This document shows positions 51,822 to 61,428 of a stretch of 64,000 nucleotides of DNA, in pieces. The first letter of the stretch is position 1, and each line of letters begins with the position of its first letter. Origin of the DNA: Verrucomicrobiia bacterium. Its GTDB lineage: Bacteria > Verrucomicrobiota > Verrucomicrobiia > Limisphaerales > UBA11358. The position numbers and the translations under genes are program-made. The stretch is taken from positions 24,889-88,888 of the forward strand of contig DATAST010000091.1 in the NCBI GenBank assembly GCA_036269115.1, read 5' to 3'. The notes below the pieces were generated by a model that was not told the origin of the DNA, made no database searches, and worked only from the letters and a program-made list of their open reading frames with translations.

Positions 51822-53171
51822 ATGAAACCTCGTGTTCGTTTTGCTCCGTCGCCGACAGGATTTTTGCATATCGGCGGCGCCCGCACCGCATTGTTCAACT
51901 GGCTCTACGCCCGGCATACCGGTGGCACATTTATTTTGCGTATCGAAGATACCGATGCCGCCCGCAATTCGCAGGAAGCGGTGGCCGTCATTCTCGACGG
52001 CCTTCGCTGGCTTGGGCTCGATTGGGATGAGGGCCCGATCGCCGCGGACGTGACGGGTCCTGGCAAAGGCGATTGCGGACCGTATTTTCAATCGCAACGC
52101 AAGGAGAACTATCAGCGGCGGGTCGAGGCGCTGTTGTCCAGGGGACTGGCCTACGAGCACGAGGGAGCGGTGAAATTCAAGATGCAGCGCGAACCCGTGG
52201 TCATCAACGACGTCGTCGTGGGTGACGTCGTTCGCAAGTTGACTGATCGCGAGGAAGTAGACCCGGATTTTGTCATTATGCGTTCGGACGGCCAGCCCGT
52301 GTTTCACCTGGTGAACGTGGTCGACGACATTGAAATGAACATCACCCACGTCATTCGCGGCGAAGACCATTTGAGCAACACCGCCAAACATATCGCGTTA
52401 TTCCGGGCCTTTGGTGTCCCGGCGCCGCTCTATGCTCATATCCCGCTGATTCTCAATGCGGACGGCTCCAAGATGAGCAAACGCGACAAAGGCGCGTCGC
52501 TGGCCGGTTATTTGGATGAAGGATTTTTGCCCGAAGCCGTCGTGAACTATCTCTGCCTGCTCGGATGGTCCCCCAAGGACAATCGTGAAAAACTTTCCCT
52601 GGCCGACACGATCGAGCGGTTCGACCTGCCGCAAATCCTCCGCCACAATGCGCGGTTCGATTATGAAAAGCTGCTCTGGTTGCAAGGCGAATACGCGCGC
52701 GAACTGCCCGATGATCGCCTTTACGAAATGGCCGTTCACGCGTTCAGCAAAGCCGGCGTCGATACGAACCAATTTCCGTTGCCTTACGTGAAGGCCGCTG
52801 TGGATACGTGCAAAGGAAAGTTCAAAACGTTCAAGGAATTGCCTGCTTACGCCGGGTTTTATTTTCGAGACGAGTTTGATTACAACGCGGACGGCGTAAA
52901 AAAAGATTTTGTTCCGGAAAACAAACCGCGCCTGCAGAAACTCCGGGACGCTTTCGCCAAAGTCGAGCCATTCGCCGCCGCGAACCTGGAAACGACGCTG
53001 AAAGCCATCGCCACCGAACTCGGCGTTAAAGCCGGCGTCCTGGTCCATCCCTGCCGTTTGGCAGTCACCGGCAACACCGCCGGCCCAAGCTTGTATCATT
53101 TGCTGGAAGTCATGGGCCCCAAAAAATCCCTGGCGCGAATCGACAAAGCCCTTGCCCGGATAACCGGATAA
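51822..53171 (+). CDS. gltX: glutamyl-tRNA synthetase
   Basis: Track ORF trimmed to ATG 51822 (MKPRVRFAPSPTGFLHIGGART = HIGH motif). KMSKS motif is GSKMSKRD. Confidence 0.95.
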   Translation: MKPRVRFAPSPTGFLHIGGARTALFNWLYARHTGGTFILRIEDTDAARNSQEAVAVILDGLRWLGLDWDEGPIAADVTGPGKGDCGPYFQSQRKENYQRRVEALLSRGLAYEHEGAVKFKMQREPVVINDVVVGDVVRKLTDREEVDPDFVIMRSDGQPVFHLVNVVDDIEMNITHVIRGEDHLSNTAKHIALFRAFGVPAPLYAHIPLILNADGSKMSKRDKGASLAGYLDEGFLPEAVVNYLCLLGWSPKDNREKLSLADTIERFDLPQILRHNARFDYEKLLWLQGEYARELPDDRLYEMAVHAFSKAGVDTNQFPLPYVKAAVDTCKGKFKTFKELPAYAGFYFRDEFDYNADGVKKDFVPENKPRLQKLRDAFAKVEPFAAANLETTLKAIATELGVKAGVLVHPCRLAVTGNTAGPSLYHLLEVMGPKKSLARIDKALARITG

Positions 53172-53203
53172 TTGACATTGGGCGCCTGACCGCCGCCTCC
53201 GCT

Positions 53204-53860
53204 TCAACGCTTCAACGCTTCAACGTCTGAAGACACCAACGGCATAAACTGCCGTGATTCCGGGTCATAGGCGAATAACTCTGCGCTGGCGATTTTAAAA
53301 AACCAGCCGTGAAGACTGAGCGAACCGTCGGCGAGACGTTCCTGCACGCAGGAATAACTGTGCAGGTTGTCGAGGCTGTAGAGCACGTTTTCCTCGGCGG
53401 CGGCAGTGCTCTGGGCGTCGCCCTCGTTAAGGTGTTGGTAATCGCGTTTCAGAGTTTCCAATACCGGTGTCGCGAGCTTAAGCCAGTCACGCAAGTGCGG
53501 TGTGGAATCCTTCACAACTGTGCGCCCCAGCAAAGCATCAATGGCCCCGCATTGCGAATGGCCGCAAATGACGATGTCGTTCACGCGCAAATTTTCCACG
53601 GCAAATTCGATCGCCGCAGCCGTGGAGTTCGTGTCGCCAGTGGCCGAGGCCGGCGGAACGATATTGCCGATGTTCTTTACCACGAACAGGTCGCCTGGCT
53701 TGCTTTGGGTAATGAGTTCGGCCAAAACGCGGGAATCTGAACAGGTAATGAAAAGAGTATGCGGATTCTGGCCGTCCTGCGAAAGCCGGCGAAATAGCTT
53801 CCGATAGTTGCCAAATTCGTCAGTGCGGAACTTGTGAACTCCTTCAATTAAGCGCTGCAT
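53204..53860 (-). CDS. beta-class carbonic anhydrase
   Basis: 218 aa. CSDSR and CGHSQCGA zinc-ligand motifs; colinear with CynT/Can-type enzymes. Confidence 0.9.
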   Translation of the reverse strand: MQRLIEGVHKFRTDEFGNYRKLFRRLSQDGQNPHTLFITCSDSRVLAELITQSKPGDLFVVKNIGNIVPPASATGDTNSTAAAIEFAVENLRVNDIVICGHSQCGAIDALLGRTVVKDSTPHLRDWLKLATPVLETLKRDYQHLNEGDAQSTAAAEENVLYSLDNLHSYSCVQERLADGSLSLHGWFFKIASAELFAYDPESRQFMPLVSSDVEALKR

Positions 53861-53948
53861 CGGTCAATTAAAAATTAAAAAGGAAAAATTAAAAAGGCAA
53901 AAGGAAGGATATCTCTTTGTATAAATTGAGTCGCCCTCTCCAAACAGC

Positions 53949-56786
53949 GTGATAAATTATTCCCTGCCGATGAATGCTTCGGACCAAGCAATTTCGCTGA
54001 TGCCTGCCACTAACCGCGCAGGGCCGCGTTCGCCTCTGCCCGAATTGCTCGCGCCCGCCGGCGATTGGGATTGTGCCCGCGCCGCCGTCGAAAATGGCGC
54101 CGACGCTATCTACTTCGGCCTCGAAAAATTTAACGCGCGCATGCGGGCGCAGAATTTTACCCGGGACGACTTGCCTAAGCTCGTGGAATTTCTCCATCGG
54201 CGCGGCGTCAAAGGCTATGTCACGTTCAACACGCTCGTCTTCGAAAACGAAATGGCCGCGGCTGAAGAATGCCTCCGCGACATTATCACTGCGGGCGTGG
54301 ACGCGGCGATCGTTCAGGATGTGGGCATCTGCCGGCTCATCCGGTCGGTATCTCCGGATTTTCCGATCCATGTTTCCACGCAAATGACCGTGACCAGCGC
54401 GGCAGGCGTCGAGTTCGCGCGAGAATTGGGCTGTCAACTGGTCGTCCTGGCCCGTGAATGCTCGCTGAAGGAAATTGAAAAAATTCGTTCTGTCGCGCCG
54501 GTTCCCGCATTGCCGCTTGAAGTCTTTGTCCACGGCGCGCTCTGTGTGGCTTACTCCGGCCAATGCCTTACTAGCGAATCCCTTGGCGGCCGCTCAGCCA
54601 ATCGCGGGGTTTGCGCGCAAGCCTGCCGGTTGCCGTATGAATTGGTCAGTGATGGCCGGCAAGTCCCGCTCGGCGACCGCAAATACTTGCTCAGCCCCCA
54701 GGACCTGGCCGGACTCGAACTGCTTCCCGATTTGATTCGTTCAGGCGTCGCTTCGCTCAAAATCGAAGGCCGCCTCAAATCTCCCGAATACGTCGCCAAT
54801 ATTACCCGAATCTACCGCCAGGCCCTCGATCAATTTTCATCTTCTATTGGGCAAATTGGGCAAAGGGGCTCATCCTCATCGTCCTCCTCCTCCTCATCCT
54901 CGAACGGTAGGGCGGACCTCCCGGTCCGCCAGGGCGCATCCCAGGTGGCCCCGGTGCAAACCGGATACGAAATGGAAATGGCCTTCTCACGCGGCCTACA
55001 CACCGGCTGGTTCCGCGGCATTAACAATCAGGAACTCGTTCATGCGCGATTTGGAAAGAAGCGCGGCGTTTATCTCGGTGAAATTGCCGGTATCGAAGGC
55101 CGCCATGTGCGTCTGGCGCTGCAAGGCCCGCTCAAGGCCGGCGACGGTGTGGTTTTTGACGCCGGTCATCCGGAAGACGCCGAAGAAGGCGGCCGCGTAT
55201 ATACCGTCGAGCAACGCGGGCCGGATACATTGCTCAGCTTTGGCCCGGGCATTAATTTCGCGCGGGTTCATCGCGGCGACAAACTTTGGAAAACCAGCGA
55301 CCCGGAACTCGATCGCCGCCTGCGCCAGACTTTTGATGGCGACAGCCCAAAATTTCAGCGTCCGATTTCACTGGAAGTGAGCGGCGCCGCCGGCGAACCG
55401 CTCAATATCATCGCTCGCGATGACGAAGGCCACGAGGTCCGGGTTCAGTCAAATATGGCTTTGGACCGAGCCGACAAACAGCCGCTCACACCCGAACGAC
55501 TGCGCACCCAACTCGGCCGCCTGGGCGGAACACCATTTAAATTGGGACAATTAAAATGTAACATTGACGGCAACGTCATGCTCCCCGTGAGCGAATTGAA
55601 TCGCCTCCGCCGCGCGATCGTCGATGAACTACTGGCCCTCCGGTCTCACCCAGAGCGCTGGAAAATCAATCCACCAAAGCCGGCAGAAGAGGTTCAAGCT
55701 GAGATTTCCCCAAAGGCCGGTTCGCGCATTGAACCCCTGAAGCGCTGCGATGCTCCGGCGTATCAAACCATCAGACGACCATTCTCCCTCTCCCAGCGGG
55801 AGAGGGCAGGGGTGAGGGAGGGTCTTCCGGACGAAGATATTCGCCCTCCGCTTCATCGTGAGGTGACGGCTGGGGAAGGAGAAGACTCATTAACCACAAA
55901 TCCACACATCCAACAATCCACTAATCCAACCCTGATCGCCCTGGTCCGCTCAATGCCTCAACTCGAAGCAGCAATGGAAAGTGACATCCAAACCATTTAT
56001 TGCGAATTCGAAGACCCCAAAAAATATCGCGACGCCACCCGCCTATTTCGCTCTCGCCGGCCATCCTCGATTATCAATTCTCAATCTTCGACGCCAGAAA
56101 TCTTTGTCGCCCCGCCCCGCATCTTCAAAATGGGCGAAGAATGGATTCTCAAACAGGTCCGTTCCAGCGAAGCCGATGGCTATTTAATCCGCAATTACGA
56201 TCACTTGCAGTACTTCGGCTCCGACCGTTGTATTGGCGACTATTCACTGAACATCGCCAACGCACTTTCGGCTGATTATTTCAAAAACAAGTTCCGGCTC
56301 GAACGCATTACCGCTTCTTACGACCTGAATTTTGAGCAACTCGAAGCGCTGCTGCGCGGCGCGCCGCCGGAGTGGTTTGAAATTACGATTCATCAGCACA
56401 TTCCCATGTTTCATATGGAGCATTGCGTCTTTTGCGCTTTTTTATCGTCCGGCACCGATTACACCAACTGCGGTCGTCCCTGTGACAAGCACGACGTCCA
56501 ACTCCGCGACCGCGTCGGCGCGCTGCATCCCCTCAAAGCCGATGCCGGCTGCCGCAACACCGTGTTCAATGCCCTGGCCCAAACCGGCGCGGATTATGTT
56601 CCTAAAATGCTTGCCCTCGGCGCGCGCCATTTCCGTTTGGAATTCCTGAACGAAACCCCCGGGCAACTGACGCGAACGGTTTCCCGATACCGCCAATTAC
56701 TCCGCGGCGAAATCACCGGCCCCGAGCTTTGGAGGGAGCTGAAGCTGTTAAATCAGCTAGGCGTCACCCGCGGAGCGATGCGCTAA
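53949..56786 (+). CDS. peptidase U32 family protein (long form with C-terminal extension)
   Basis: ELLAPAGDWDCARAAVENGADAIYFG and the U32 signature LEVFVHGALCVAYSGQCL. Start options are GTG 53949, ATG 53970 and ATG 54000. Carries two in-frame repeat insertions. Confidence 0.85.
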   Translation: MINYSLPMNASDQAISLMPATNRAGPRSPLPELLAPAGDWDCARAAVENGADAIYFGLEKFNARMRAQNFTRDDLPKLVEFLHRRGVKGYVTFNTLVFENEMAAAEECLRDIITAGVDAAIVQDVGICRLIRSVSPDFPIHVSTQMTVTSAAGVEFARELGCQLVVLARECSLKEIEKIRSVAPVPALPLEVFVHGALCVAYSGQCLTSESLGGRSANRGVCAQACRLPYELVSDGRQVPLGDRKYLLSPQDLAGLELLPDLIRSGVASLKIEGRLKSPEYVANITRIYRQALDQFSSSIGQIGQRGSSSSSSSSSSSNGRADLPVRQGASQVAPVQTGYEMEMAFSRGLHTGWFRGINNQELVHARFGKKRGVYLGEIAGIEGRHVRLALQGPLKAGDGVVFDAGHPEDAEEGGRVYTVEQRGPDTLLSFGPGINFARVHRGDKLWKTSDPELDRRLRQTFDGDSPKFQRPISLEVSGAAGEPLNIIARDDEGHEVRVQSNMALDRADKQPLTPERLRTQLGRLGGTPFKLGQLKCNIDGNVMLPVSELNRLRRAIVDELLALRSHPERWKINPPKPAEEVQAEISPKAGSRIEPLKRCDAPAYQTIRRPFSLSQRERAGVREGLPDEDIRPPLHREVTAGEGEDSLTTNPHIQQSTNPTLIALVRSMPQLEAAMESDIQTIYCEFEDPKKYRDATRLFRSRRPSSIINSQSSTPEIFVAPPRIFKMGEEWILKQVRSSEADGYLIRNYDHLQYFGSDRCIGDYSLNIANALSADYFKNKFRLERITASYDLNFEQLEALLRGAPPEWFEITIHQHIPMFHMEHCVFCAFLSSGTDYTNCGRPCDKHDVQLRDRVGALHPLKADAGCRNTVFNALAQTGADYVPKMLALGARHFRLEFLNETPGQLTRTVSRYRQLLRGEITGPELWRELKLLNQLGVTRGAMR
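54906..54942 (+). repeat. single GTAG-headed REP unit inside the U32 CDS
   Basis: GGTAGGGCGGACC-TCC-CGGTCCGCCAGGGCGCATCCC, preceded by a CTCATC/CTCCTC triplet-rich tract (54868-54900). Together they translate as GSSSSSSSSSSSNGRADLPVRQGAS. Confidence 0.75.
55782..55822 (+). repeat. repeat family F copy inside the U32 CDS
   Basis: TTCTCCCTCTCCCAGCGGGAGAGGGCAGGGGTGAGGGAGGG, translated in frame as FSLSQRERAGVREG. Confidence 0.85.
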
Positions 56787-56927
56787 CCGGGCGTAAGGGC
56801 TCATTCTCATCCTCGAAGCAGGGTGGGCTGTTTGTTCGGTGTCCACCCTTCAGGGTGTCTGTGCCCGGTTTTCGCTGTGTCGAGCCTTGGCAAATGGCGC
56901 TGCCACCTGTTATTAATTTCCACCACT

Positions 56928-57407
56928 ATGAATAAGCGTGCGCTCATCAAAAAAATCGTCGCCCAATTGGCGAACGAATTGGAGGTCTATTTCCGGGCGG
57001 CTGCGGCCTCGCGCACAGAAGCTACTCACGAACAAAGCAAGGCTGAGAACAAGTACGATACTCGCGGTCTCGAAGCCTCTTATCTGGCCCGTGGACAATC
57101 TCGTCAGGCCGCGGAAATTCAGGGTGCCATCGCCGCGTTTGAAGACCTGGCTCCACGCCGTTTCGGCGATGCCGAACCGGTTGATGTGGGGGCATTTGTG
57201 GAGTTGGAAACCAATGGCGAGAAAGCCGCCTATTTCATCGGCCCGCGGGCGGGAGGTACGGAAGTGGTCCATGACCGGCAGAGCGTGTTGGTGATTACCC
57301 CGGAATCGCCATTGGGAAAACAGCTCATCGGGCGAAAGCAGGGGGACGTCCTGAAACTAATCCTGGCCAACGCGCAAAATCAATGCCGGTTGAACCTTGT
57401 GGCTTGA
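56928..57407 (+). CDS. GreA/GreB-family domain protein
   Basis: Track ORF trimmed to ATG 56928 (159 aa). N-terminal helical part, then VDVGAFVELETNGEKAAYFIGP..VITPESPLGKQLIGRKQGDVLKL, which matches the GreA/B C-terminal domain pattern. Confidence 0.7.
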   Translation: MNKRALIKKIVAQLANELEVYFRAAAASRTEATHEQSKAENKYDTRGLEASYLARGQSRQAAEIQGAIAAFEDLAPRRFGDAEPVDVGAFVELETNGEKAAYFIGPRAGGTEVVHDRQSVLVITPESPLGKQLIGRKQGDVLKLILANAQNQCRLNLVA

Positions 57408-57466
57408 GGTACGGGCATATGGGAATCATTCTCATCCTCATCCTCAACCCGTCCGTCCTCATCGCA

Positions 57467-58147
57467 TTATTTTGCGCCAAGCCACTTCAGTGCGCGGCGG
57501 CCCAAAGATTTTCGTCCTAACAAGGCAGCCCCGGTCGCCAGCGTGGCTGCGCCGCCCAAAGCGGTCACGCCCCACGCCATCGGATGCTCTTTCATATGCC
57601 GCACCGCCCGCTTTCTCAAGTCCCGTGGACTCAACTTGGATGCCAATTCCTCGGCGGTTCCGATGACAGATTTATGGAGCTCCGCCGCCGAGCGCGGGTC
57701 TTCAGTTCGCGACGGCTTCGTCTTCGGCGTTTCAAAGCCTCTGCCATCCGCGCCGCTGCCAATTTGCCTGAACGTATCAATCGTCTTTTCCGGCATGGGC
57801 GGAGTTGCCGAAATGACTTTGATGCCATGAAGCACCATGAACGCTCCGATCGCGCCGGCCAACAAACCGACAATAGCCAACCCGATGAACACCGCCAGCA
57901 CAGGATCCAGGCCGAGCCTTTCAAAGCCGAACCCAATAATCAATCCGATGCCCGCCAGGAACACGATTAGGCCCGCATATGCGATAAATCCTCCGACGGC
58001 AAGCTTCACACCGTTCCGGACATAAGTAGACGCTTTTTCCGACATTTCTTTTTTCACGAGTTCAATCTCCTCGCGAATGAACGTCGTGAGGTTGTCCTTG
58101 ATATCGGCGACCAAATCGTGGATGGAATCCGAAATGAAGTTTCGCAT
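57467..58147 (-). CDS. Holin-X/DUF1469-like (phage holin family) membrane protein
   Basis: Track ORF trimmed to ATG 58147. An amphipathic N-terminal helix (FIREEIELVKKEMSEKAS) is followed by two long TM helices (LAVGGFIAYAGLIVFLAGIGLIIGF; VLAVFIGLAIVGLLAGAIGAFMVL). Confidence 0.55.
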   Translation of the reverse strand: MRNFISDSIHDLVADIKDNLTTFIREEIELVKKEMSEKASTYVRNGVKLAVGGFIAYAGLIVFLAGIGLIIGFGFERLGLDPVLAVFIGLAIVGLLAGAIGAFMVLHGIKVISATPPMPEKTIDTFRQIGSGADGRGFETPKTKPSRTEDPRSAAELHKSVIGTAEELASKLSPRDLRKRAVRHMKEHPMAWGVTALGGAATLATGAALLGRKSLGRRALKWLGAK

Positions 58148-58222
58148 ATTATAATCTCCCTTTATATTGCACTTGCTCCCCACTCAACCTGTGCCACAAG
58201 GAATCGCGGAGTCAAGTGGGCC

Positions 58223-58248
58223 GTTCGGTGTCCACCCTTTAGGGTGTC
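58223..58248 (+). repeat. repeat family G representative (GTTCGGTGTCCACCCTTTAGGGTGTC)
   Basis: Near-identical copies at 56834-56859 (+), 60845-60870 (+) and 62455-62480 (-). Core palindrome is CACCCTTTAGGGTG. Confidence 0.8.
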
Positions 58249-58468
58249 AGTGTGCGCCGTGCCCTCTATAGACACGTATGTGCTGCACTGTGCCAGGGAC
58301 CCTCTAACGGAGGCAAAAGTATGGTGGGCCACGACGTGCCCGTCGTGACAGCACACGCCCCCGGCGCGTGCGAGTTCCTTGGCAGGTCTGACAGTCTCAC
58401 GCTCTCAGCTCCGTCCCCTCCGTCCCATTTGTCCCATGTCCATAATGTCCATAATGTCCACCCTCCCG

Positions 58469-58509
58469 AAAAAAAATCAGAGGGTTGGACCGTATTTGTC
58501 CAACCCTCT
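58469..58509 (-). terminator. rho-independent terminator on the minus strand with no obvious gene upstream
   Basis: On the minus strand, a 12-bp perfect stem (58509-58498 / 58490-58479) with a 7-nt loop is followed by GA + T8. It lies about 90 nt upstream of, and antisense to, the start of the 58599 gene. Confidence 0.6.
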
Positions 58510-58598
58510 CCCTCAAAATGGCCGCGTTACTAACAATAAACAAAACCGGTAAGGCGGCGCTCCAGCGCCGCACTGACTAATAAAATAAAGAAAATCAT

Positions 58599-59690
58599 AT
58601 GAACACAACCCAGGCAAAAGCAGCCATCGAAAGCATCCTAAACGGCGAAGCCCAGCGAAAAGCCGATGCAGACCAAACAGCCGAATGGCGGGATCACCTC
58701 GAAAAAGCAATCAAATCCCCATCCGGACTCGCCGGCGTAACCGTGCCTCCACGCGAAGCCATCGTCGGCAATTGGTTCCGGCAGGGTGATCTCGGCTTCA
58801 TCTGCGGCGAACGCGGCTCAGGCAAAACCTGGCTCGGCCTCTTCCTCGCCCGCAAATGCGCCGAAGGCGCAGGCCTCGGCGGACTCGCCGAGTGGAACAT
58901 CCACGCCCCGCGCCGCGTCCTTTACGTGGACGGCGAAATGCCCATCGACGGCATCCGCGAGCGCGACACCGCTTTATCGACAGGCACGGCCCCCGGCATG
59001 TTCTACCTGCAACACGAAGCCTTGTTCCATCTCACCGGCAAAGCCTTGAACCTCACTGACCCAATCGCGCAGACCGCAGTTTTAGAAAAATGCAAACGCG
59101 ACAAAATCGATATCGTCTTTCTCGACAACCAATCCTGCCTGTTCGTCGGCATGCGTGAAAATGATGCCGACGCGTGGGACCTTGTGTTGCCCTGGCTGCT
59201 GGAAATGCGACGCAATCGGATCGCCGTCGTCTTCATCGTTCACGCCGGCCGCAATGGCGCGATGCGCGGCTCATCGCGCCGCGAAGACTCAGCGTTCTGG
59301 ATCATGAGCCTTGCCGAACCCAGGGACCCCGTCGAAAACCAGCACGGCGCAAAATTCGTCACGCGTTTTATTAAAAACCGCAACGCCACCGAAGCCGAAA
59401 CCCCTGCGCTCGAATGGACGTTCTTCAAACCACCCGGCGACCCCAAAGCGCACGTCTCCTGGAAAAAATTGTCCGCCGGCCAACTATTCCGCGACTGCAT
59501 CGAGAAAGGCCTTGGCAGAGCCACTGACATCGCCCAGGAAATGGGCATTACCCCCGGCCGCGTCTCCCAACTAGCCGGCAAAGCCATCAAAGAAGGCTGG
59601 CTAAAAAAGAGTGGCCGAACCTACTCCATAAAACCGCCGGCCCACTGGACCAAACCTCCAAGCGAACCAGAACTAACTAAAACTGAATGA
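58599..59690 (+). CDS. RecA-fold AAA_25/RepA-like ATPase with C-terminal HTH
   Basis: 363 aa. Walker A GERGSGKTW, Walker B IDIVFLDNQS, IVHAGRNGAMRGSSRRED. The C-terminal ATDIAQEMGITPGRVSQLAGKAIKEGWL is HTH-like. Such ATPases are typical of integrative elements, plasmids and phages. Confidence 0.6.
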   Translation: MNTTQAKAAIESILNGEAQRKADADQTAEWRDHLEKAIKSPSGLAGVTVPPREAIVGNWFRQGDLGFICGERGSGKTWLGLFLARKCAEGAGLGGLAEWNIHAPRRVLYVDGEMPIDGIRERDTALSTGTAPGMFYLQHEALFHLTGKALNLTDPIAQTAVLEKCKRDKIDIVFLDNQSCLFVGMRENDADAWDLVLPWLLEMRRNRIAVVFIVHAGRNGAMRGSSRREDSAFWIMSLAEPRDPVENQHGAKFVTRFIKNRNATEAETPALEWTFFKPPGDPKAHVSWKKLSAGQLFRDCIEKGLGRATDIAQEMGITPGRVSQLAGKAIKEGWLKKSGRTYSIKPPAHWTKPPSEPELTKTE

Positions 59691-59923
59691 CGCGGGGAAG
59701 AGGCTGTTCCCATCGTCAAATTAGACTGCTGTCCACGGGGCCGGGAAGCCGTTTCCTTTCCCGGCCCCAGCCTCACGTTCTTACAAACTCGCAACCATCT
59801 GTCTCATCCGTCCCGTCCGTCCCATAAACCCGAAATCCGATCCGCCAGATCCGCCAGCTATATCAGATATATCCAGCCACCCGCACTCGGTGTCCGCGCT
59901 TTTTCTACACCGCCCAAAAATGG

Positions 59924-59964
59924 GTTCTAAAAAGTGTCAAAAGGTGGCAAATAAACCCGTTGAA
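59924..59964 (+). repeat. 41-nt block identical to 10052-10092
   Basis: Perfect 41/41 identity, same orientation. Confidence 0.9.
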
Positions 59965-60077
59965 GATGCCTTGGTGCCATGAGAAAATTCCACTGTGAAG
60001 CATACTGTTACCGGGGTTATGTCTAGCGGACCTATTATTGACTGTGAACTTCAGACTGCGGATTCTGGACTGCCCCG

Positions 60078-60246
60078 GGGTTTCTATAATCTTTTTCTTC
60101 CAGTTTTCCGCCATTTCGAACTGTCTCTGCCGAAAATTGAAGGGACAGTTACAATTTATCGCAAGCGCTTGAAAAACAATGCGTTGCGCAAAAGCAGGAC
60201 AACGAGACTACAAAAAAATTCCCTCACGGGTGGGGGGACAATTCCC
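60078..60246 (+). other. conserved noncoding module, copy 2
   Basis: Aligns with 10430-10600. Stem 60119-60128 / 60141-60150 with a 12-nt loop corresponds to the copy-1 hairpin, with one compensatory pair swap and one C-to-T change giving G-U. Confidence 0.6.
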
Positions 60247-61085
60247 TCAACCAATCTCTTGCATCTTTTAAATGATCGGTCGGATCCGCCAGATACGTCA
60301 GATTCAATTCCCAACACACAAATCTTCGCCGGTGGCTGTGCCGGCTTGCCGCGCTGTAGCCGTGGCGAACGCGGGCCGTTTAGCAACCCCTACACGAACG
60401 CTAATCTAAACCCAATTTTCACCCAAAAAGGTCCAACCCACTCGTTTAGATGAAACCCTCGAATTTCCCAACAAACCCCCGCCGGTTTAGATCCTCAAAA
60501 AATACGTTTAGCATTTCGTGTACTCCCGTTAAATCGCTAATCCCACGCACACCTCTTTTGATTAAACGAAGCCATCGGGGCAGCAGGGAATCATTCTCAT
60601 CGTCATCGTCATCCTCCGGATTCGATGTACAGCGTTCGACGTTCAGCGTTGGGCGTTCAGCGTTTTCCCCGAAAGCATCCCCATTCACACCCGAAAAATG
60701 CTCGAATCGCCAATAAAACCGGCCCAATCGACTTCAGTTTTCTTCCCGTTTACCCGTTTACTTTCCTATATACACAAAATGTGCAGCGCGAGGAAAACCA
60801 ACTGCCACATCATAGCGAAGCGACGGCTGGGTCTTGCCGCATCCGTTCTGTGTCCACCCTTTAGGATGTCCGCACCGTCTCCCTCACGGTCGCGGCTCTG
60901 TGAATTGCAAATTGCAGCCAACAGTTTCAAATGGATTGCGCGCCGCACGTTCGTGGCCGACGCGATATCTTCGTTTTCATGGAATCATTGGTTTTTTCGA
61001 GGTTTTCAGACGCGGCACAGCCGTTGCTTAAACCGTGGCAGATCTTGCCGGTGCGAATCAAGTAGCGCCAGTTACCCCCCGAAAA

Positions 61086-61122
61086 GGGCCGGAAGTTGCC
61101 TGTATTCCGGCCCATTTTTTTT
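61086..61122 (+). terminator. orphan rho-independent terminator (+ strand)
   Basis: GGGCCGGAA-GTTGCCTGTA-TTCCGGCCC followed by ATTTTTTTTC. The nearest credible + strand CDS ends 1.4 kb upstream. Confidence 0.6.
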
Positions 61123-61428
61123 CTTTAAAGATGGAGAAGGCAGCTGCAAAAGAACGCAAAGAACACAGAGATATTTTATCCGCAAGTTGTGCCGATTTTC
61201 ACAGGTTTTTTTGGATGGTGAGCCGCACATCAAATTCGCGGTGGTGGCGCCACTTGCGGTGCGAGCCGCACTTGCGATACGGGCACGAGCCGGCAGAGCG
61301 GCAGATCTGCCCTGCTTTACCTTGCTTCGTGTTCTGCCACCAAAAATCTGCGAAATCTGCGGATTCCAGTAATTGAATGATTCCCAAACCCGCTTGTCAA
61401 AGAGGCTGGCGTCAATTATTATTGTCAA

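Noticed and set aside
10052-59964. The 41-nt perfect direct repeats as attL/attR of a 50-kb integrated element
   Set aside because: The interval contains core housekeeping genes (asd, aspS, lysC, gltX, glpK) and no integrase. The repeats are better explained as parts of a two-copy noncoding module.
60698-61372. 224-aa + strand ORF in the gene-free region
   Set aside because: It is stitched from repeat families (family G, AATCTGCG-type units), runs straight through a strong intrinsic terminator, and has a Cys/Arg-rich improbable composition.
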